Origin: Sinanodonta woodiana
Taxonomy: Eukaryota
Assembly (NCBI GenBank): GCA_046254885.1
Contig: CM100994.1
Span: forward strand, 93,766,727-93,830,726
Length of the DNA stretch: 64,000 bases
Direction of reading: 5' to 3'
Shown here: positions 24,822 through 35,039 of the stretch, in pieces
Numbering within the stretch: the first letter of the stretch is position 1
Layout of the letters: each line of letters starts with the position of its first letter
Made by a program: the position numbers and the translations under genes
Notes under the pieces: model-generated
What the model was told of the DNA's origin: nothing
The model's input: the letters and a program-made list of their open reading frames with translations, nothing else
Databases searched by the model: none

Positions 24822-27800
24822 TACCATATTTTGGTGTGTATAACGCACACTTTTTTAACCTAATTTTCTTATCTGAAGTCGGGTGTTCGCGTTGTATACA
24901 AGAACTAAAAAACAAAGATTTTTTCCAGGTCGATCTGAAGAGGATGATGGCACTATAACCGCTTATATGTATCACATTCACAACTTGTGAAATATTAAAT
25001 CCATTATACATTGCAATGTAACTAAAATGTTTAACTGTACTACGGTACTTGCCGTATTAAAGAAATAAATAATGCTTACAAATAGTCTTGTTCTTTGATT
25101 GCTTATGTTAAAAACTGGTTTCATTTCACATCACTGTGTCAAGTTTTGTTCTGTGCCTTGGCTGTAAATACATGTACATTGTAACGTCCCGAGCTTTATT
25201 TATTAACAATGTCAGTTTTGACCAGATGTCAACATGGGCTTTTAATCACAAGACAGAAAGCTACTTAAGTTTAAATGATTTAATGAACGATAATAAGGAT
25301 AAATATTAACTGTGCAATATGCACGAACAGATCAAGAATATGATCATAATGTTCAGTCAAAACTCCGAAATAGTTCTAAAATGAGTTGAATATATTTGAA
25401 AATTCCTTCATCACATAAATATGTGGCTCAGTGTAATGTTAAGAAAGTAAACAGTCACTGAAAACAGTTAAACTTGATGTATTTCTCAGTGATAGAATAT
25501 AACCCCAAACAAATGGGATAATAAATAACACGTATTTAAAACGATACCACTTGAATGTGTTTCCCAGTGAATTTATATGTTGTGGTCCAGAATGCACTAA
25601 TATTTCTGAATTTATATTTAGAACTGTTTTTCCTTCTTTATAGTCAACTATATATCACATTAATGTAATATAGAAATAATGAATACTCCGTGTAGAAATA
25701 TTATAATTAATTCTCCCTTCTATACGTCTAGTTATTTACCGTAGCAACGGTACTGATATTTTCATATATTTATTTGATTGAATATCCACATATATTTCCT
25801 AGGGAAGCATCAGTCTTTAATACTGAATAATATATTGTAGTTTAATTTCATATCATTTGGAAGATTATATCATCCGTAATGATTTATATTGTTACAATGC
25901 GATCTATATAGTACACTTACATTAGTTGTATTAAGCTCTCTGTTCACTTCTTGTCTACAGTCTTTGCCGGTCAGAATGCGTCTGCAAAACACTTCACACG
26001 ACTGGTATTTATACCCTTGAGACCCATTGGTCTTACGCGGAGACTGATGGGAAGAATATAGGTCGTAAGTGCGTGGGGGAAACACACGAGTGGTTTGATG
26101 ATACTTAACAACATGTTAGGAACGCTCAAAAGTATGATGGCGGGTGAATTGTGATTCGCACTAATACAAATATTTTGGTAATGGTTTCTTAGTATTTGAA
26201 CACTTGATGTGAAGATATTCAAGTCAGAATTAAACACTTTATCTCAGAAAATGGATATACTAAGCAAAATAGTGTTAGACAATTTAAAAGAGAACAAACC
26301 ACAATGACCAAAAAGACCAATTTGGACCAACATTGACAACGGAATACAAACCCGTACGAAGTAAGTGCCAATCACAATCACCCAAATTATCAATATATTA
26401 ATACTCTAAAATATCATGAATGTGATATTAAAACATTTGTACACATATTTATTATTCCTAGCTTTGATGAATCCCTACAAGTCGTTTTATGTCTTCATAA
26501 ATGTACTAAAATATATCTTATTTTGTTGACCTTTGGTATAGACATGAACCACTAAAAGTTAATATTTAATGCTAAAAAGTGTGAAAATTATATTTAAACG
26601 AGCCACAATCACTTTTATATTTTATAGCACCATAATTTATCACATACATAATGACTGGCAACTTGTTCAAAAGGTGTGCAAAGTGCCGGATTGGAGCGGA
26701 ACAAATACCACTGTGTGGATTACCGTACTTGTTCTGTAAATCTTCAGTATTCCATAACTGTTGGTCTAATCAAATTTTTCTTCATTTTTTGTTGTTGGTT
26801 GAATTGAAATATACAGTGGAACCCCACTATAACACGGTAGTTGGGAGCCATAAAATCTGACCGTGTTATGAACCGTGCCATGTTATAAGCAACCATGTAC
26901 AATACCAACATGTTTTTGGATTTAATGGGGGGGGGGGTTGTTGCATAGAGTCTGGTGCGAAAATGCATGGCACAATTACCATTTTTAATCAATATATATT
27001 AAATGAGAAAAACATTTGCTGTGGTAACAAAAATTGCAGATTTAATATATTACTTTATTCAGAGAACCATGCATTGGTACATACACGTGTCTAATTTATA
27101 TATACATGTATACTATATTGCTTGAAAAGATTATCAACACCGTGTACTCAGCAGCAATTCCTGTAACATACATTGAATCCATAATACAAATATTTCCATT
27201 GAATATATCCATGCATGGATGTAAAATATTCAATATTTTTGTCACAGAACATTATGTGACTGAATTTAATGGAAAAAAAATACATAACGGGTGTACGTAA
27301 TGAATGATGAAATAGTACTTGTACCTAGATTAAATATCGGAAGCTAATGTGTATTCTTATAATAACTACATGTACATCTCAGGTTCTTTCTGTCTCTGAA
27401 TTTAGTCATTGTAAATTTCAGCACATTTTCCCACCCAAGCTGCTAGTCAAAGACCTTTGAATTTGCCGCCCAGCTAGTCCCGCTAATACGTCATGTTCTT
27501 TTGATGTACTCTAATAAATACAGCAGGTAGAACTGGCTGTGTTTTAAACACATAATAAAGTAATCAACACTAACTTTGTCTCCCAGTTATGCGTCCCAGA
27601 TTTAAAAAAAAAAGAAAGTTGCATTCAACTATGCGTAATTAAGCATTTCCGAGACCTCTGTGTCATATACATTTTATATTACTTTATTTCTCATCTGTCA
27701 AAAGTTATTTTTTAATTTTTTTAAATAAAAACTCTGATTTTTAGCTGCTTTCTGCTAATGTCACGTTTGCTCAATGCAAAGTCAATTATTGTTCTCAGTT

Positions 27801-28592
27801 GTAGAATTCGAATTTCCTAGTCAACAGATTGCATAAAACAACACTGCCAAGCCACGCGCGAATGTTGGCGGCTTTTTTTCTTTGATGCTGTTTAAATCAT
27901 TGCCCCCTGATTTGAACAAGTTTAGCTCGGCAGTTCACTTTGATGATAAACAATGTATTTATTTTAATTGATTTATACATTCTGGTGAGATTTTTTATTA
28001 TCAACTGCTGCATTGGCTGTTGCTTAGTTGTGTATGAATACATAGAACATATATCAGAGATTACAGAAACGATTGTATTAGGAATGCATTCAAGACAAAC
28101 AAAAAGTAGACTTGATGGCTTCATTGCTCAGGGATCAGGAATAATAATATTGACATTTATGAGCTGTCATTTTTCAACAATAAACAAAGATCAAAGTTCT
28201 CAGTAGGCCCAGCAATTGGTTCATATTCTGGCACATAACTAGAATTTTTAAAAGTAATTTTTAGGAGCCATACAACGATTATTTTATATTCAATTTTGTG
28301 TGTGATTTCCTCCTCAAAATTATAATACATTTTCTACATGATTTTTCCCCCTGCAGTTTTTAGACGAGTATGAGAATGTTAATTAAACTCTTGACATTTG
28401 TTATTTTTATACTTACTAATGTTAATGTCAGAGTAACTTTAGGGGACATATTTTTTTGCGACTACGGGTTCTAAAATGCATTATCTCACATGCACGTTAT
28501 ATGGCAGAACTATGTTTTTTCCACTTATTTTGGGTTGAAAATTGGGGTGTGCGTGATACATCGGTGCACATTATACACACCAAAATATGGTA
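24822..28592. mobile_element. Non-autonomous TIR element, copy 1 (family B). It has roughly 28-bp TIRs (taccatattttggtgtgtataacgcacac / gtgcacattatacacaccaaaatatggta) and carries a roughly 1.46-kb nested insertion at about 25185-26648 relative to copy 2. It also contains a G9 homopolymer at about 26927.
   Basis: The termini are inverted repeats. The body is co-linear and about 85-90% identical to 57537-59880, apart from the block 25185-26648, which copy 2 lacks. Both copies are flanked by TA. Confidence 0.75.
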
Positions 28593-30032
28593 TGTTTGTA
28601 AATTCAGTACCACTAACACTTTCTATTTTGCCCATTTGTAATTTCATTGATGCTGTTTGAGGAAAGGCAATTTTTATAATTAAAAAATATATGCAAGGTA
28701 ACTCTGATTTCTCAAATGTTCATATGAAAATAATATGAAATTCTAAATTGCTTCTATGGGTGATTACTCTATGACAGAATGCAACAGCAGATCATGGTGT
28801 ATGTTGTTTGGTTCACTGATTATGCATTAATCTTATACATGGATAAATATGTTAGAGACTGTAAACCTTGTTGTAAATTGTGAATGGTCTGACTGGTTGA
28901 TTTGCTTGTATTTAGAATTCTGATCCATTCTAGAGGTGGAGGAATGACGGGGGTCTCATTATTATGTATTCTATAATGTATTGCATAAATTATAGTAAAT
29001 ACTTAAATTCTGTTTAATTGTTTTTGAACTTCCTCTACTGTGTAATTTAACTTACCAGTTTGAGGTAGTACTGTAAACTGAGAAACCAGTCATTTCTTTT
29101 TGTTGGTAAATTGGGATGTGCACAACAAGTTCATAATTTTGTCACAATTTCTTGTGGCAGAGCTTGCATGTGTACTGATACTTCTTTGCATGTATATGCA
29201 TAGGGTAAGTGGGAGGTACAAATAACTGAAGAATGTATGAATAGAATGGTGCTTTTGTTGCAGCCATAAATGTTTAACAATACAAAAATATATTTTTTTT
29301 CATAGCATTACAAATCACATGAAATGTCATGATGTACCAGTTTACAGATTTCAAGGTTGTTATAAATTCAAAAAGGCAGAAAAAGTAGTTTTTACCAATG
29401 TGATTTTTGCAGTTAAAATACTTTGCCATAATAAAATGTAGAAGTGCATTCAATAAAATATTTATTGTTAAAAAAAAAAATTGTGTAAAAGTTTAAAAAA
29501 AAATATTTTTGATTATCTTTTGATCATAAAGAATTAGAAAATCATGATTACATTGATTTTTAGGGAATACATGTTTTTCATTCCTAAAACCTTGACGAGA
29601 AACCCTTAACTGATGGTTTTAATTGTATATTGTACTATCTGACTATTCATGAATGGATTTGATGTACAGGGCATGCAGGCTTTTTTCGGAATGATCAGCG
29701 TCCCAAACATATAAACATGTGGATGTAATTTCATTGTCTTTCCTGTCAAGCTTAGGCAGGTTTTTCTTTTACAATGTTGTAGTTGCTGTTTGTTTTTGTT
29801 GCATAGCTGTCAGTAAGTATTATGTGGGCTTTATATTTTCTAAAATCTGCTGGAGCTTGATAACTAACAATATCTGGAAAAATGCTACTCTCCCATCACA
29901 GAGGTAAGTCATATTGACCCTCTATGGTTTTGGATTGGGTTAAGACAAGGGTAACATTAGGTTAGGATGAGGAATTATACATTGAATTGCTGTTTATGCA
30001 AAATTTCACATTGTACACAATTCTTATTACAG

Positions 30033-30155
30033 GAAAGCCTTCATTCTGTGAAAATAAAGGACAACAAAAGATGTGAATGTTCAGTTCAGATTTCTGTTGA
30101 GATGCCCTTTGACATCAGAAAAATCTACTCACCAACTCATCGATTAAAAGTCAAG
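30033..30155 (+). CDS. PARP4: Last VIT-domain exon (ESLHSVKIKDNKRCECSVQISVEMPFDIRKIYSPTHRLKVK).
   Basis: Acceptor ttcttattacag, donor AAG|GTAGAGT. Matches PARP4 ..TVEKICIKEIGTKQSFSLTMSIEMPYVIEFIFSDTHELKQK. The SPTH motif is typical of the VIT C-terminus. Confidence 0.85.
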
Positions 30156-30162
30156 GTAGAGT

Positions 30163-30450
30163 AGCAGCAGAGGGGTCGTATCTGACAGCTTTTTTTGCTT
30201 AAACACGATTAAGGCCTCAAAACGATAAAACGAGCCTTCCTTCAAAATCTCACATTTCGAACCAAAAAAAAATTTAGTCCCCGTTTGTCAAACAGAGCCC
30301 TAGCAGTTAAAGCCGTTGTTTGCCAAAATGAGACCTATAACAGTATTTTTTTTGTTAACATATATCACCGTTGCAACAGGCTCGTGCTTCCGTTTCCATG
30401 GCTAATCAAACTTTTGCCTGAAATTTGTAAAGTTCGACCCCTCTGCTGCT
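30163..30450. repeat. Left TIR (288 bp). The TIR is itself bounded by 16-bp inverted repeats (agcagcagaggggtcg ... cgacccctctgctgct).
   Basis: Read directly in the sequence. The same nested structure appears in the right TIR at 35442-35723. Confidence 0.9.
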
Positions 30451-30463
30451 AAGGGTTACGGTT

Positions 30464-31134
30464 TCAACAAAAAAAATTATCAAGTCCGATACGATATCGT
30501 GTTTGAGGATCATATAAATTAATCGTTACAAATCCATGCGGAGCCGACTGAGCATGACTAAAAAAGTTTTTAAAAACATTAAAATCCATGTTTCCACCGC
30601 ACCAAGTTTGCCAGATATTGCGTAGCGTATGCGTATCAACGCCGTTAAACACAGCAAGGATGTTACAGTTGTCCCTGATTACCTTTGGAATCTGAGTGTA
30701 TCGTTGAGTGACATATCACATCAGTGCTTTTATGCCTTCCTCGCGAAAATATTCTAGCGGGTTTTTTTTGATTGTCTAACATAACGTCATCGTACACAAC
30801 TAATTTGGTAACGCTACCGTCTATATCGTCAATGGATGGTGCGTCATCGATATCTGTAATAAACTCTGACACTGTTTTCGGTGATCTCTGATGCATTATC
30901 GTTAAAATCCTTTAACACCTCGTAGCACCGTTGATCATCTACGCTAGGTGCAACTAAATATAACTTGTTCCATTTCATCCATCTTATTATTAGATTGAGT
31001 AGCAATTGCGTTTTTCCGCTCCCAGATGGTCCGATTATAATCATCCGGATAGAATTTGGTAGCGCTGCAACGTGTTTAACCGGTTCCCTTGTCGTAGTCG
31101 CTGAAAAATCAATTACATTCATATCGCTATACAT
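30464..31134 (-). pseudogene. FtsK/HerA-superfamily, poxvirus-A32-like DNA-packaging ATPase of about 223 aa, disrupted by two frameshifts (near 30850-30895 and near 30705-30715).
   Basis: Three consecutive minus-strand ORFs in different frames carry, in order: Walker A IIIGPSGSGKTQLLLNL; then ..LYLVAPS.., then Walker B KLVVYDDVM.. and SRGRH; then (after a frame change) VTQRYTQIPKVIRDNCNILAVFNGV.., which is the Q..iPk.iR.N.n motif region characteristic of A32/polinton/virophage packaging ATPases. Confidence 0.8.
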
Positions 31135-31139
31135 TAATT

Positions 31140-31430
31140 ATGGATCTATATTGTGTAAAGTGTAAAACGCGTACTAGTACAAACGATATGATGACGGTTA
31201 CCACAAAAAGCAATCGAGCAGCCCTTACTGGTAAGTGTGCAACATGCGGTGTAAAGAAATTTAAATTTATTTCCGCTAAGGGTATTAAAAAAAGCGAGGA
31301 GGTGATATTGCAGCCAAAGTATCAAAACTCTCCGGAATTCGGGTTAACATCTATAACATCAAATACATCAGCTGGTCTTGGTGGTCGATCGACTGCAGCT
31401 TCGTGTTTTGCCTTTACCCTATTATACTGA
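31140..31430 (+). CDS. Small C4 zinc-ribbon protein (CVKC..17 aa..CATCG). The zinc-ribbon core of about 55 aa lies exactly in the gap between two minus-strand ORFs.
   Basis: MDLYCVKCKTRTSTNDMMTVTTKSNRAALTGKCATCGVKKFKFISAKG: CxxC-x17-CxxC with basic residues. The 3' half of the ORF overlaps the convergent 183-aa ORF and may be non-coding. Confidence 0.45.
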   Translation: MDLYCVKCKTRTSTNDMMTVTTKSNRAALTGKCATCGVKKFKFISAKGIKKSEEVILQPKYQNSPEFGLTSITSNTSAGLGGRSTAASCFAFTLLY

Positions 31431-31873
31431 ATATGATTAGCGTTATTAGTAGTATCCTTAGCGAACATCATTGACGGGCCTGCTGACCTTGTATAGTCGT
31501 CAGAATATCTTGCTAGCCCGATTACTGTTGTTGCAACATCGACATCGTTTTCTATAGATTCGATTTCTCGCCCGTCAATGAGATATCTTGCTGAACCAAA
31601 TAACGCCATGATGCCGTTGTTGACAAAACCAACTCGGACATTTGCGTCATCTGCGTATGGATTATTATTTGCTTGAATAAGTTCTCCTTCGATTTCGATA
31701 AACGCTTCACACGGCAAAAAGTATTTACTGGTATCATGGACTTGAAGTTTAATTCGCGATCGTAGGTCAGGTTGTTCTGCATGATAAGAATAATACTGAT
31801 AATCACGGACAGAATCATCCTTGCGCACTGGCGCGTCCATATCGAAGGCCGGATCAGCTGTTCTTTGAAACAT
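31322..31873 (-). CDS. 183-aa ORF in the viral-like element. Function unknown. A structural or capsid-like role is inferred from its position next to the packaging ATPase.
   Basis: Uninterrupted ORF with CpG-rich viral-like composition. No motif I can assign with confidence. Its start overlaps the stop of the upstream 169-aa ORF in another frame, which suggests the two may be fragments of one larger gene. Confidence 0.4.
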   Translation of the reverse strand: MFQRTADPAFDMDAPVRKDDSVRDYQYYSYHAEQPDLRSRIKLQVHDTSKYFLPCEAFIEIEGELIQANNNPYADDANVRVGFVNNGIMALFGSARYLIDGREIESIENDVDVATTVIGLARYSDDYTRSAGPSMMFAKDTTNNANHIQYNRVKAKHEAAVDRPPRPADVFDVIDVNPNSGEF

Positions 31874-31902
31874 ATTATTGTAATTGCGTTGACGTTTTCA
31901 AT

Positions 31903-32412
31903 TCATCGTCGTTTTCGTTGTAAATGTTTCAAATTTCTTTTTAAATTCTCTGACGCTAGACCGCTTCCTGCTATCGCGTTCAACAGCGTATTCGTTGTTG
32001 TATCAGAAGATGGCGAGGCCGCTAGCAACGCAGCCGGAGCCGCCAACGAAGTTAGTTTTTTTTCTACTGCATCGTTTATTACGCTGGCTACACTTTTAGG
32101 CATCACTGTGGTAGAAGGTAACGGCGTTGGTTTTTGTCGCTGCCGTCTCACCAGTGATACTGTTTTGTCTTTTGCTGCAGAAAGTGCCTTGCTGGCAAGG
32201 CTACCAACAGCGCTGATTCCTTTATCACGTAACACATCTATGGCTTTCGTTGATAGTTGTTTAGCTAACGGTGCCACCTTGGGAGCCATTCTTGCAAATA
32301 AACCCGCTATGGTGTCACCGAGACCATTCCCATAAAACGCGCGGTAAACTGGTAATCGTGAGTTTACAACGTAAACGCTGACTGGTTTATCATGGTTGTA
32401 ATGTATGATCAT
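31903..32412 (-). CDS. 169-aa ORF, rich in Ala/Ser/Lys and low-complexity. Possibly a minor virion or membrane-interacting protein, or part of a fragmented larger gene.
   Basis: ORF only. Its composition resembles the A/G/S-rich minor capsid or cement proteins of adeno- and polinton-like viruses. This is inference. Confidence 0.35.
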   Translation of the reverse strand: MIIHYNHDKPVSVYVVNSRLPVYRAFYGNGLGDTIAGLFARMAPKVAPLAKQLSTKAIDVLRDKGISAVGSLASKALSAAKDKTVSLVRRQRQKPTPLPSTTVMPKSVASVINDAVEKKLTSLAAPAALLAASPSSDTTTNTLLNAIAGSGLASENLKRNLKHLQRKRR

Positions 32413-32474
32413 CTTATAACAACTAGCAGTTTTTTAATTATGAAAAACCCCACGAAGATAAATTGACCCACAGT

Positions 32475-32885
32475 TTAGTCGCTGTGATAACCATCCATGA
32501 GTTCGTCTATGGGTTCTCGATATGTGCCAACGTCCATGATACCCCCACGGAATAAACGCGCGCAAATATCTGGTGATTCATTAATTATTTCCGGTAAATT
32601 ATTTCCGGCTCGTATTCCTCCAATAAGAACCTGAAGACGTGATATATCACTGAGAATATTGCCTGGACAAGTAATACTAGCGCTTCCAACTACGCCACTA
32701 CGTAAATATCCGTGTCCTTTTTTAGAGGTGCCAGTTACCCCATCGTCTTTTTGTTTTTGTTTTTGTAGCCACTCGACCCGTCTACTTTTAACGAGATCAC
32801 TAAAAGCTTTGAAATTTTCATCTTTTGGTGGTAGTGTATTTCTGTGTATCCGCGCCAAGTACATCATTCGAATCCATTTATCCAA
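32475..32885 (-). CDS. 136-aa ORF, function unknown.
   Basis: ORF co-oriented with the neighbouring element genes. Confidence 0.35.
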   Translation of the reverse strand: MDKWIRMMYLARIHRNTLPPKDENFKAFSDLVKSRRVEWLQKQKQKDDGVTGTSKKGHGYLRSGVVGSASITCPGNILSDISRLQVLIGGIRAGNNLPEIINESPDICARLFRGGIMDVGTYREPIDELMDGYHSD

Positions 32886-32997
32886 CGCGGATACATTTTC
32901 CTCGTAACCTGGATTTGCATGTATCTCTCGTTGACGCAGGTAAAAATGTTCAACAGTAAAATCAATTACTTGATCCCATTTATCAAAGCCTCTAATT

Positions 32998-33501
32998 TTA
33001 TCTATTGTACTTTTTTTTAAATACTTTACTGGGTATATTTTCTCTGATATCTCTTTGTTGCTGTATTATATCATCTATTTCTTGTTGTGTTTCTTGTTGT
33101 AATAGCTCTTCTTCTGGTTGCATTGCGGTGGCACCTGGCTCCTCTTCATCAGCCATTGTAACATAAGGTTGCTGTTGTTCAGATGTTGATGTTATAGCAA
33201 GTGGCTGCTTCACATCCCCCCGTCGGCGATATGCTGTAGCAACTGCTATTTCCACAGGAAGTGTTTCCAGATACTTTTTTGATTGTTTGGTCTGCGCTGT
33301 TATCTTTTCAAGTTCGCCAAGAATGGGTGTAGTTGCACTGGTTATTGGCTTAAATAACTGTTCACTTCCAACAACAAAATCGTCTTTTTGTTCTTGGCGA
33401 GTCTGCAACTGCTTCCTTAGCCTATCTCGTACAGGAATAAACTGTTTAATAGCAGTCAAACGCTCCCTGGCCGATTTGGTTGTAAGCGATTCATTCACCA
33501 T
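32998..33501 (-). CDS. 167-aa ORF, acidic and Gln-rich with predicted coiled or disordered character. Possibly a scaffold- or phosphoprotein-like product.
   Basis: ORF. An EEEPGATAMQPEEELLQQETQQEIDDIIQQQ acidic stretch. Confidence 0.35.
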   Translation of the reverse strand: MVNESLTTKSARERLTAIKQFIPVRDRLRKQLQTRQEQKDDFVVGSEQLFKPITSATTPILGELEKITAQTKQSKKYLETLPVEIAVATAYRRRGDVKQPLAITSTSEQQQPYVTMADEEEPGATAMQPEEELLQQETQQEIDDIIQQQRDIRENIPSKVFKKKYNR

Positions 33502-33723
33502 GTATTATTACGTTACAGTTTCAAAATGATTTTCAAATTTCCCGCGAGTGTATATAAACACAGACTGGTACTATGTTAAACTGCATGTTAGCGAGTACAG
33601 TAACATTTTTACCAAGGAATGCTAAATAGTTGTCTTATACATATAATTACACGCAGTAACAATTTTACGTATATAAATTGCAAAAAAAATATAAGTTTTG
33701 TTTGTTATTAACAGAATTAATTA

Positions 33724-34026
33724 TTAATTTGATTCCTCGATAATCTTTTTTATGTGCTTGACTTGCTGGTAAATCTCTTTTCGGACCTCGAAAGCATTGC
33801 CAAGTCGTTTCCGTATTGTTTCAACGATAGTGTACAATTCAATAAATACTTTTACGTCTTGGTTATATAAATTTTGATGAATCGCATATTGTAATCGCTT
33901 TTTAAAGGCATATGACCTAGGTAGCGTATTACGACCTTTTTTTGATTGCTGGTCAATAAGTTCATACTGCGATACAATATTTTCGACGTCAAGTTTATCA
34001 TTCAAGACGACCCCTTGATTTTTCAA
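33724..34026 (-). CDS. 100-aa basic ORF, the first gene of the minus-strand block. Function unknown.
   Basis: ORF followed by an AT-rich putative promoter region at 34030-34130. Confidence 0.3.
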   Translation of the reverse strand: MKNQGVVLNDKLDVENIVSQYELIDQQSKKGRNTLPRSYAFKKRLQYAIHQNLYNQDVKVFIELYTIVETIRKRLGNAFEVRKEIYQQVKHIKKIIEESN

Positions 34027-34165
34027 TTTTGAAATTTCATCCGTTATATTTTTTATATCAACACTAATATTTTTATCTTGATCATTTATTATTATATTAA
34101 CAATTTATATCTTTGATTTTAAAAAAAAAACAAAACAAGAAAAACAAGGCAAGACAATGCAGGCA

Positions 34166-34220
<55 letters not shown>

Positions 34221-34222
34221 TT
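34166..34222. repeat. (ATT)19 microsatellite followed by a poly-T run.
   Basis: Read directly in the sequence. Confidence 0.95.
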
Positions 34223-35039
34223 TTTTTTTTTTTTAAAAATGCAAAATAATTGACAGGCTTATTATGAGCGGTTATTCATTATCACGAGTCCCTTATTCAG
34301 GCCTTTGTGTCTCCATAGGGTCTTTTTACAAACACATATTTTACATTTTTCACATATAGACAACACCAAGGTCAGTCAAACCCATTCTGGGTTTGCCCAT
34401 TCCCGGGCATTTCCGACCTTTGCCCTATGATCGTTTCTGTAGGCCGGTAGCCCATTCTGTGCTACCCTATTGGGATCCTCGTGAGAATTTAGAGCTTTCA
34501 TCAATGCCTGTCATTTATTTTTACGTCCACACACTTTGACGCCCAGATAAGTAATCTCCGGCAAGCAACCTATCTCAGCAAACACTGTGATAGGTTACTT
34601 ATAAGGTACATATTTGGGGGTGGGCGGATCCTTCGAAAGCCTACGAACCAATCAAAAGCAACCCAGAAAATTAACCTGGTTGCATTGACAGAAAACAGTC
34701 AACCTTACGACCGAGGTAACGGCGTGGGTTGCTTTTTTTTATTTGCTTTGCAAGCTTTCGAAAGCTCCAAAAGCTTAACGACTCATATTCTATATAAGCT
34801 GAATGATGCAGCGATATCAAGGAAAAGGTTGTGCTAATTTGAATCGCTTTGAACCATTAAATCGCTAAGAACTTATTAATAGCGTTCAACAGCACTTAAA
34901 TAAAACCAAATATTTGAAACAAATAATAAACAAAAGAATACAGCGTTGCGATAACAGCATAAATTTCATTAGTTTTTATTTTAAAAAAATGAATTAATCA
35001 AAACATTAATTGGACTTCAAGGGGAGATCACTCTAAGTG

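Noticed and set aside
29860-29895. Possible extra micro-exon (..LITNNIWKNATLPSQR) ending at a GTAAGT donor at 29894.
   Set aside because: It is not needed. The 16968-17132 exon joins directly in frame to 30033-30155, with continuous similarity to the PARP4 VIT domain.
31772-32335. 187-aa plus-strand ORF inside the viral-like element.
   Set aside because: It is antisense to two well-formed co-oriented minus-strand ORFs and Ala/Ser-rich as expected for an antisense frame of GC-rich coding DNA. It was kept only as the zinc-ribbon exception at 31140-31320, where there is no sense-strand gene.
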